The notes beneath the pieces were generated by a model. That model worked only from the letters and a program-made list of their open reading frames with translations, had not been told where the DNA came from and made no database searches. Of a stretch of 64,000 bases of DNA, positions 27,195-38,497 are shown in pieces. The DNA is from Nymphaea colorata (taxonomy: Eukaryota), in assembly GCF_008831285.2 (NCBI RefSeq), contig NC_045138.2, forward strand, positions 12,896,001 through 12,960,000. Direction: 5' to 3'. How positions within the stretch are numbered: the first letter of the stretch is position 1; every line of letters begins with the position of its first letter. Made by a program: the position numbers and the translations under genes.

Positions 27195-30100
27195 GTGTTT
27201 GTGTGTGTGTGTGTATGTATATATGTATGTATGGCCCCAAAAAAGTCCAAGACCGAGTAAAGAGCAGGCCATGTTAGAAACGTCATCATGCACAAAGAAC
27301 GAGAAGCCACTCAATTGTCTTTTACAGATTTGAGTAGCTAAATATAACCTACCACAAATTGAATTGGAGACAAGTGAACCAAAGAGCTATACATGAGTTT
27401 CCAAAGGAAGATCTCTTGCAGAGAAAAAGAATATTTAAAGGATCCTGTTTCCAAAACTTCAACCACCTAGGACATGCTTTTAGTGAAAGGTTCAAAGGAA
27501 ATGCCTATGCAAGCTTATACAAAAATAAATATGTAAACTTACAATCATTGGAAATGCTTATGCAGCCACAAATTTTTTGAAACTGTAGTTTCAAAAATAT
27601 TCGGCAACCAAAAATTTTAAAAAAGTAAAACAAAACGCTCTTTGCAAGGACATAAAAGAACCAAGCGATTTCTAGCAAGATTATTGCAGAGATGGAAAAG
27701 AAAATCACAAATCACTTCCCATGCAATGGTGGTGCTCTACACATTTGGAGAAGGAAACTGACAAATATAGTTGCTGACCGTGTTACAAAAGCATAGAGCA
27801 GGAACTTGAAACGCGAATGGCATAAACAGCACACTTTCTTTTGCCTTGTTACGCAAGCTAGAGGTTAATGCTGAATCCCTTTGATAAACAGTTAACCATC
27901 TTTATTACTTTAACATTCATAAAAATATCTTTCACCTAAAAGTCTCCAGATAAAAATTCTTGTCAAAAGAAAATTTCGAACTGTTAATGCATGAACACAG
28001 AAGAGATCATGAACACAGAGGAGATAAGGGAATGAGAATATTATATTAAGCTATTAGGCTTCCTGTTTTTCCAAGTCAATGAATGAAAGTTGAAAGGAAA
28101 TTAATCCATACTTTCAAAACAAACAACAATCCAAACAAGTTAACCATGATAGGAGAAGCACTCCTATGACAACCCAGGGAGTCTTGAGCACCACCCCAGT
28201 CAGCCTCTGTCTAATCATTAACTAGCCTAAACCTGCTTCGGCAAATGCTTTGATCTTTCATAAGACCATATTATCTCTAAGTTATGCACCTGAAAGTCTT
28301 CTTTGAGACTGACATAGCCCGAGCCCTGGCCCCCAGCAGAGCACTAACTTGTAGACAACAAACACAAAATGAAATTGCTACCATACCTGCCACAGTCTGA
28401 TTATTTGCTTCATGCTGCAATGCATATGTTGTTGACAGTGAAGAATGAAGAGATGAAAGAGAAAGCAATTCCCGGGCACGCCGAACATGAGCTCTTATAG
28501 ACCGCTCATCATATAATCCTGTGCAAACAAGAAAAATAGCTCAAACACATCATCACTACTTCGACAAAATTTGTTAGTTCAGATGGTCATGCACCTCCAA
28601 TCATTTCCAATGAGCAGCCACCACTTGTAATATCTGCAATTTCAGCTATTTCATGGTAATCCTCCAGATGGTGAATAGAACCGTCCTTGGAATGAAGTAT
28701 CAAGTCATAGCATGTAAAGAAGCATGTCTCAGGAGCATCAAGAAGGAACTGCCTTATGTCCATCACAGAATCCCCTGGATTTAACTACAAATTTTTATGT
28801 AAAATGCAAAAATTAGACTCTACACAACACGGATTGCTGCAAAAGGGTAAATAATGGACTAGACTCTTAGGAGAACTCAATTATGATAAAAGTGGAAGAA
28901 CATACATCCACCACAGAAAAACTTCCAGAAAACACTTGACAATGCATGAAAGAAATAGCTTTATTTTAAGGAAACTAGACAAATTTTAACTCCGTTATAT
29001 TTTTGCAATGATTTCTTTGGACATGACCAGAACTTTGTACCCATGATTGAGTTGCTTCTTAGGCATCTATCATAAGATAAAAGGCCTTGTTGGTGCAGAA
29101 AATGGAAACAAGTGTTCCTAGAATCACATTCTTTATTTGAACTCTGATTCGTTTTACCACAAATAAGGGTCTTTTTTTGAACCATGAGCAAGCCAATCCA
29201 TTACATTTTTTAATCCTGATAACCTGTGCTCTTTCTTTCCCTCATCCCTCAAAGGGGACTCTTTAACACCAACGTTTGTCGGCTCTCCACACTATGAAGA
29301 GGGTGCATTCTCGTTCTTGGTAACTCGGCATAGAAGCCAAGCTCTCCTAAGCACTGCTAGCATTCCTACCTCCGTCAGCACTCTCCCAATCTTCCCAATT
29401 TATGTCAGATGTCCAGTCTCTGTATTACGTCCTATGTAACATGGGTACGCCTCCTACGGTACGACACCGGTACGGGCCTGGGTACGGCTCCAGTACACGT
29501 TGACCGTACCGGGTATGGTCAACATACCGGAGGCCGTATCCGTCCAAAATTGGACATGGTCAACATTGACCGAGTCCAATTTTGTCCATTTTTTTTCTAA
29601 CGTTTATTTCATTTTAATGTTAAAAATCATTTTGACGTTAAAAAAAAAACGTAAAGCGTCGAAACCCTTGCGTCTTACCTCTTACGACTGTTACCTCTCG
29701 TCTCTCTCCGGCAACGAAGCAGCGGCGAACACAGGCGACGGCAGGGGCGGCGAACGCAGGCAACGACAGCGGCGGCGACAGGAGGTGACTGTGACTTTGT
29801 TTTTTTCATTTTTTGTTTTCATTTTCATCGGCTCCACCGACTGTGACCGGCGACGACCGGCGACGGCGACGACCGGCGCCGGCGACGACCGGCGCCGGCG
29901 ACGACTGGCGATGGAGACAGTGTGCAGAAAACCCATCGCCTGAAAACCTATCACCTCTCCCTCTGGCTCGCCCTTTCTCTACCCGAGAGGGTTTCATCGT
30001 CAATGGAAGAAGAGATATTCTAACAAGTAGTCAATGTGATTGTGTATAAAAATAAGTAGTTTTGCAGTCGATTTTTTTCTCTCTTGTCTCAGTTTCAGTG

Positions 30101-33100
30101 CAAGCACGACTGCACAGTGGCTTTTTGTGGTCATCCTCTTCATCTACCTTTTTTTTTTCTTTGTAATTGTTTGATTGTTGCAATATCGTGTTAGACCGTG
30201 TGTTTGGTTACTTTGATTGATTGATTTATTGTTCTTCTTGTGTATCGCTACCAGCCTACTTATACATATGCTACTTTTTATTTTTCTTCTTATGATGTTC
30301 TATGGTTTTACATGCTACCGAATGGCTGAATGGGTCAACACTCTGTTGAAGCTTGGCTGAATGGCATGCAATTTTATTTTTTCTTGAATATCAAAATAAA
30401 TTTGTGTGGTTGTGTCGTTAGAATAAATTATCTTTTACCATTGTATCCAATTTTTTGATATATATGTGGGAATACTGAATATGTTATTCTGTTTGCAATT
30501 TTTTGATATATATATATATATATATATGTCTGTGTGTGTACGGCCATACCCCCGTACCAAAGTTTTTTGAAAATGGTCTGTACCCGTACCAATACCGGCA
30601 CCCGTACCCATGTAACATAGATTAGGTCCTTGTTAGGACGTGGGTACAAACCTATGTTGTTAAGGCCTCGCCTAAGCATCGCCTAGGCATGGACTAAACG
30701 TGAATCCACAACCGTTGCCTAAGTCCAACACTTAGGCAACAGGATATGTGTTTGCGCCTAGGCTGGCCTAGGCTCCAACACGCCTAGTCCATGGGAAAGT
30801 GAAAAGTCACATTCCCTTTCAATTAAAATTTCTTAATTGAGTATATATTATTATGTACCTTATGTCGTATTGATTATGTATGTTTATGAATTATTATGTT
30901 GATTACGCTGTCATATGCAATGTTGTAAAAGGTGTAGCATAACGCTATCGGTCGGGCTGACCTAATTACTCTGTATCCGTAACGTATCGCAAATATAGCG
31001 TAGCGTATCGTAAAATTAATTTTAATTTAAAACAAATACTAAAAATCATAGAAATAGAGAAAATCATAAAAACTCAAAAAAACAATCAGAAAAAAACAAA
31101 AAAATCAGAAAAAAATCAAGAAAAATGAAGGAACATCCATGTATATCAACAACACTTTCAAAAATAAGAAATCAGGGATTCAAAAATAACATAATAAGCA
31201 TCAATCACAATTTTAAACTTGAAAATTTTATAGAATCTTAGGACTTAGATAGTTAGATTACATCATAATTCATAAGTTCAAAACATATAGTTATCATCTT
31301 TCATGATTCAACGATCATCCTCGTTATTTGCATCATAATCTTCATTTTCTTCATTAATTGCTTCTATCCCTTTTGTTGGAATGTAACCAACATTTCATTG
31401 CTCTCCAGCCTCTCCTCCTTCAAAAAGCTCTGATGCTCCTTCAATGTTAAGAAAATCAAGATCGTCCTCATCAAGGATCGTAGATAGTTCTTCTTCAACC
31501 CAAGAATCTTAATACATCAAAATTGTCAAGGCTGATGGGATCAAATTGAATGATTCAATAGTGAAAATGAGTAATTTTTTACCTTCTTGGTGTTAGAAAA
31601 CAAAAAACCCTCTTTGTCCAAGCTTTCCACCGTTCTGACTATGAGAAAGTTTCTTCACCGACTAGTAGGCTCTCCCAAATCGATGAATCCTCAGTGATTT
31701 TTGATGAAAATGGGTAAAATTTCTCCCTCCCACATTTCTTGGAGTCCTTAGAAACAAGAAGAGAGAGAGACAGGATGTAACGTTATTTTGTTTTTGGGCA
31801 GGTCGAGTCGGATCGAGACCCGACCCGGACCCGAAATCATTGGCGTGAAGGGCCCGACGCAAGGGCCCTTCTCCCTCGCCTTTCCCTCTTCTCCCCCGTC
31901 TTTCTCCTGGTTGCCTCTCGTGCCAGCGCAGAGAAGAAGAAGAAGACGGTGGTGGTGCAGGGCGGCGACGAGGACGGTGGCGGTGGCGCGGGTAAGCCTC
32001 TGTATCTCTCCACCTCTTCCTCCTTCCTCGTCCTTCTTCTCCTCCTCCCTCTTGTGCAGACTATTCCCTCGCCGTCAGCACCCTCTCTTTGGCCGTCTCC
32101 CTCTTTTCTCTTGTGCTCATCACTCACGCCTCCCTCTACGGTCTCTCTTACTCCCTCTGTCTGTTTCTCCCCTCTCTGTCCGTTTCTTCCCAACTGTCTG
32201 AACCCTCTCTACTTGCCCTCTCTTCTCTCACTGCACTTCCTCTCCATACCGCCAGCCTCCTCCCACTCACAGCTCTCGTGCTCTCTCTCTCTGTCTCAGC
32301 TTCCCTCTCCCTCGTTGTTCCCTGCCTCTCCCAACAAAATCAATCCCTTAGCCGAACTCCTCCTCTTGAGCATAGTTTTACTTTTCTCACTAGTTGTGGC
32401 TGTTGGATTGGAATTGCAGTTTGGGGTTGCATCTTTCTCTTCATAACAGCGAATAGAAGGCGTTGTGGTGGCGGCATTGCATGATTTTAGCCGTTTGAGG
32501 ACCTCTCTAACTCGTGAGGTGGCTGCCGAGAGGACTGCAACAGTTCAGACTCTTTAATTGGGGTGAGCAAGGCGTAATCGAGCCTATAGTGTTGTAAATT
32601 TTCTGTTGGAGCACGTATAAATATTGTTTGAGCATGATAGAATTATGTATTGGTGACTTTGGGATATATGTTAGCGACTTGGCTATTTTGGGGAAGTTTA
32701 TGACTATGTTGAGAAGACGATGATCTATGTGTGTAAGTGCTTTTCTAGCATGATGTGTTGATTTTCGAAGCAATAGGGAAACATGGTAGAGTTTTGATGT
32801 GGGTGAGAAGATTTAGAATCGTTTTAGTGAGCATGTGGCGCATACTTCTGTCTATGGGCGTATTCCTATGTTAGTTGGAGTAGAGCATGTAAGTTGAGTG
32901 TATTATTGGGAAGACGATTCAACTAAGAAAAATTGATGAGAAATGTGTTAGTGATGGATTGATCGAAGCTTTGAATTTTGATGTTTGGGGGCAACGTCAA
33001 GAAGTTAGGATGAGGCCTATTGGAGGGCTTGTAGGTCGACACTACCCGTCGACACCTTCTTGAGGCGATGACATGTGTCTCAATGATTTTGTTTTATATT

Positions 33101-36100
33101 TGTATGGATTGTGTAGCTAACTAGTAGAAATTTTATCTTTGCTTATGTCTACAGGTACAGCGGGCACGTCCCGTCGACCTTGAGCGACCAGATTCGAAGC
33201 TCGAGACATTTTGAAGAGTTTTGAGGGCGCGCGACAGGTATGGCAGCATTCTAGGCAAATCCCTGCCTGGGCAAATGTGTGAATGTGTGTTCCTAGGATT
33301 GTGATGTGATTGATGGATTGTTTTGTGAACGAATGTGTGTATGCATGCAAATGGTTTGATACATGATATGATTTGTTTTGAAAGGCTATTAGAAGCATGT
33401 TTTGAAAATGTTACGCATTTACATGTGCATGCTAGAATTGATAATTGTTTAGGACAGATGAGGTGGGGTATCAAGTCGAGTATCTCCTCGACCCCAATTG
33501 TGCATTAGAAAGCATCCTAGAATGATAACTGCATAGGACAGCTACGAATCAATCACAGATCAAGACTACTCTCTGTAGTTTGGCTAAGTTTTTTAAAGAG
33601 GTGATTGATGTGATAATTGATGTGACTGATGTGATAATTCATAATTGATGTGAAGGTTGTGTTTTGTTGCATGCACATTGCCGCGGGCAATGATGCAAAT
33701 GAATGAATTGGAGGGTAATTGCACCCGTATTGTATGACGGCTAGCTATGACTGTTAATGTTATATGTAGACCTCGTGTGGAGGCAATTGGAGGTGTGGGT
33801 GCACTCGTGAAGTGAACCAACCTCATGAGCTAGCCAGTCATTTTGTGAATGTGCAATTGTAATGATAATAATGAAAGAATAAGAGATGAGAAGCCAATGG
33901 GTTGTAGCAATGTGTTTGGGAGACGTCCCGCTTTCGCCACTGGTCTCGCCTGTTCGGAGCGCAGGCGGTGCAAGGCCCCAAGGTACTGTTGTGTGTTGTG
34001 CTTGAAGTGTTGGGCTCCCGCCTTCCCGACCTGGGTGTCCTAGGGAAGGGTGAGTATTTCTCTTTGGAATTCACACATCCATGGATGAGTGCTCTACCGC
34101 TGCAGCGAGTGAACGGATCCATACTGTTTTGGGCTACCACGGGGGTTGTCTCTCAGCTGTAGGCCGCCCGTGGTGTGCATGTGCCTGTGTTTGCACCCAC
34201 AGGAATTGTCAATCCATTAAAGTTAATGAAATGAAATGTATATGATTGATATGCATGAGAATGTTATGAATGAAATGATATGTTTGTTCGTGCCTTGCAT
34301 GTGAATTGAAAACGTGTTACTGTGGCCATTGAGTGGCTTTTACATGTCGTGGTCTATGTTAGGGGCCTTCTTGGCAAATGATGTGGCTATGCCCTGACAC
34401 GATATGTTGATAGATTGTTTTTATGATTGTTCTCATAATTGAGCCCTACCTAAGAGGGTTTGGAATTTTCCTGACTTGTTGTCATACTGTGAAGGTTAAG
34501 CCTTCTGTTGTTTCATTTTTCAGGTTTTGGTGGACCAAGGGCAACAGGTTGAGCAGATGGCTTCACTCACGTCCTACTGGGGAGGTTTTGGGTCTTTTGT
34601 AATGTCGGCGTGTCTTATTTTGATTGTATTGATGTCTTGTTTTTGTTAGACATCAATTATATGTTTTGGGGCATTTTTGTCATACACTTAGATGTGATTT
34701 TGTATGAATCAAAGTTCTTATATGAATGAAAGTTCGCCCCATTGTTTTGAATTGCATAGCTCCCTCCTTTGAATTGTTGTGTCGTCACACTTCAACGCTT
34801 TATGTTAGAAAAAAAAATGTGTTTGAGGGTCAAAAAGGCTGGGGTGTGACACAGGAGTCTTTAAACTTTAAAACATAACGCAAAAAGGGGTCGTTGGGCC
34901 CCTTTTTTTGAATTTTCCCAGTATTGTACGATACGCGGGTGTATCGTCTGTATTGTACAATACCGCATTATGCTTACGATACACGAGTGTATCGTGTATC
35001 ATAAGCATACCTTATAGGTTTTGTAAACCTATACAGTACGTATCGTGTATGATACGCGTGTGTATCGTACGATACACGTGTGTTATATGTATATACTATT
35101 AGTCGCTTAGTCTGTTATATAGTATTGGGATACCTCACACCTACTATATGTACACATTACTATGGTCAAGTCTTTCCTTAAATACAAATGGATTAAAGCC
35201 TTCTTGCGAATTTACATTCCTTCTTCTAGAGATTAGATCTAGTTTTTTTTCTTGTATTAGATTACATTTAATGAGTAATGTGAAATTTTTTCCATTGATT
35301 TTGCATATTCAATGAAGTAAACAATTAAATTTTGATTGTTTAAGTTGATTATGCTTGTTATATTACTATTCTCCATATTTCAAATATTAGTAATAGTTAA
35401 TTAAAATAACTTGACATATTAACATAACTAAAAAAAAAATTAAAAGAATTAGTCACCTTTTTTGCTTAGGCTCGCCTAGGCGTTAGGCGCTGCTTGGCAC
35501 CTAGGCACCACTTGGGCACCTTGACAACATAGCTTATTAAGGCCTTTTCTAGGTCTCGCCTATGCGTAGACTAAGCATGAGCCCACACCCGTTGCCTAAG
35601 TCCACCATTTAGGCGATGGGATATGTGTTGGCCCTAGGCACCAACACGCCTAGTTCATGGGAAAGTGAAAAGTCAGCTTCCCTTTCAATTAAGGTTTCTT
35701 AATTAAGTATATTGTTACGTACTTTATTTTGTATTGACTATGTATTTTTATGTATTGTTATGTTGATTATGCTGCTATATGATTACGTATTTTATGCATT
35801 GTTATGTTGATTATGCTGTTATATCATTATATGTAGTTATATGTATATGTTGTTAGTCACTTAGTCTATTATATAGTATTGTGATACCTCATACATGTTA
35901 TATGCATACATTAGTATGGTTGTGTTACGTACTTATATCATATAGTTATATGTATTGTTAATTTGGTATACCTATTATAAACTTATATGTATATACTATT
36001 ATGTTAAATTGTATTGTAATACAATTTGTTGTTCTTGTTATATGTCTTGTAATATGTGTTATATATATATACTGTTATGTAACAGTCTGTTATACCAGTT

Positions 36101-38444
36101 ATATGGTATCAACCTATTATATGCATATACTGTTAGCTTGTTATATAATATGCAGTATTGTGATACCTATCATATGTATATGTGAGTATCGTTATGTACT
36201 TATATGTATTGTTTTTTGTACTTATATATATATATATACTATCATGTGCTGTTAGTCTTCTTTGTTATATTATGTCTTTCTTTAAGTATAGATGGATTAA
36301 AGCCATCTTGCAGACTTACATTCCTTCTTCTACAGATTAGATTTAGTTGTTTTTTTTTATTTCTTGTATTAGATTATATTTAATGAGTAATGTTAAGCTT
36401 CTACTATTTATTTTGCATATTCAATGAAGTCAACAATTAATTTTTGATTGTTTAAGTTGATTATGCTTGTTGTATTATTACTCTACACATTTCAAATATC
36501 AGTAATAGTTATCAAAATAACTTGACATATTAACATAATGAAAAAAAAAAAATAGGTTGCCTTTTTTGCCTAGGCCCCCCTAGGCACTAGGCTCTGCTTG
36601 GGGCCCAGGCAGCGGCAACATAGATCCAAACCTTAGCAGGCCAACCCCAAGGCAGGCCTGCATCACCTCGATTTTAAACAAAACCAGATTCCCCAGCATC
36701 CGTTAGAATATAAAACCCTTGAATGGTTCATATAAACTAAATCTTTCAACTTTTTCCATATTTCTATGATGAGCTTTAGCTTGTGCATTCTTTCACTCTA
36801 TTGTCATTTTTTTCTATATCAATCACGAATTCCCACTCATTATTAGTGGAAAAGGTTTTCTATTTTTCCATATTCTTATAATGTGTTTTTAATTTATGCA
36901 TCTTCTACCCTCTTTTGTCAGCTTTGCATGATTGCACTAATTCCCATAGCCATAAACTGAAAGAGAATTCTAATAGATTGCCTGCTATGACTTTGCATTG
37001 GTTTGGCTCAACCTGTCACATGACTAAGAAGAAACCAGTCCATCAAGAGTATTCCTTAATTTTCATGCCTTCTCTTTTTTGGCACTTCTCGCCTCAAACC
37101 TATGTTGCCAAAGGCTCACCTAGTTCTGCAAGTTTGGCTGGTTGTCTAGGTTAGTTGTTCCTATGCAACCTATCTCTTGAAAATGCCTAGCCTCAACAGG
37201 TAGCTATGTCACATGAGTGCGAGGTGCGGGTGCGGGTGCCGGTGCCGATGCGGCGTATCCCAAAGAATTTGGGTGCGAGGGTGCGGCAAGGATGTATATA
37301 CATAATACATTTATTTTATATACATAAATGTATGTATTCATAATACATATAATCTTAGCTTGTTTCTTAGCTTAATTGGTCGTTTCTTTTTACTTTCATT
37401 ACTATGCATAAAGAAAGAAAAGGACAGAGAAGAAAAAAAGAATAGAAAATATTTTGAACTTGCATAAGAAAGGATGCAGTTGGGGCACGTGTCGAAGCCG
37501 CACCCGTATCAGCACCAGCACCAGCGTCGTGTCGACACAGGTGCGGCCCCTTTTTTGAAGAGTCTGTGTGACATAGCCTGGGAGCTTAACCACCTAGCTT
37601 TTTTTGCTTTGACAACTTGAGTTGTTCCTTTTCCCTTCTCATCTGTATTTTTTCCTTCTTTTGGGACAAGTTTCTTTCTTTTCCTTCTTTGTTTTTGTGC
37701 AATACTTGTTTCCTTTTTTGCTGTTGCATCATGCATGTGATTTTGCATTAAAAATATGTCTGCATGTGAATACATGCATGTCTATGCATTCTTATAGTTA
37801 CAAACTTACAATCACAATTCATATATTATTATACTTTAAATAGTTCTATGTTATTTCAGTTTTTAATACTTCGCACATATATGGATTATCTTCTTAATAC
37901 TTTGTCTTGCTTATTTAGAATTATAATAGATGGCAATTTTCTAATAACCAATCGCAACATGAAAATTGTTTTTAGTTGAGGATTTATATGTCTTTTTCTA
38001 ATTGATTGCTAATTTTTGGTTTTGTTTTAAGATTTTAGTTTTAGAAATTTGGCAGTTGGCATTTAACAACTAGTCAGATTTTACATGCTCTATAACATTA
38101 AAAAGAATTCATAGTTGCTTGGAAGTTTTTTTTTTTAATGTTCTAAAAGTTGTAAATTTTAATTGTTTAACTTTACTAAATTTGATTTTCAGAATTTTAA
38201 TTATGCTTATTATCATATTATAAAATGTTGAATATGTTTGTGATGTTGTTCATTTTAATTGTTTATTGTCATAAGTTACTAGTTATAAGGCTTTCATTGG
38301 GAAAAGCTTCAGTTTTTTCTAATTTGTACAATTAATGTTAATTTTTACTGATTCCCCTCTTTTTGTTTGGGTTGTTCTAATTTTTGTGTATGCACCTAGT
38401 CCTGCCTAAGTTCTAAGCTCATGTAACTGCATAACTTGCACCTG

Positions 38445-38497
<53 letters not shown>

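Larger units (their letters stand above)
30652..35532. mobile_element. GCCTAGGC-rich hAT-like element, copy 1 (host of nested insertions)
   Basis: TIR CTATGTTGTTAAGG / CCTTGACAACATAG (13/14); with the inserts removed it aligns to the adjacent copy at 35533-36623. Confidence 0.75.

Noticed and set aside
29245..29400. Possible organellar insertion or ncRNA (GC-balanced patch)
   Set aside because: No recognisable tRNA, rRNA or organellar gene signature; a BLAST search would be needed to say more.
29500..30049. Arg-rich ORFs
   Set aside because: They derive from CGGCGA repeats inside a non-autonomous TIR element.
31788..32484. Overlapping 118-165 aa ORFs
   Set aside because: Low-complexity CT-rich LTR sequence with no recognisable domain.
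30910..35089. GTCATATG/GTTATATG as TSD of the hAT derivative
   Set aside because: The uninterrupted sister copy has several TTATAT(G/C) motifs here and the right TIR is missing, so a small deletion explains it equally well.
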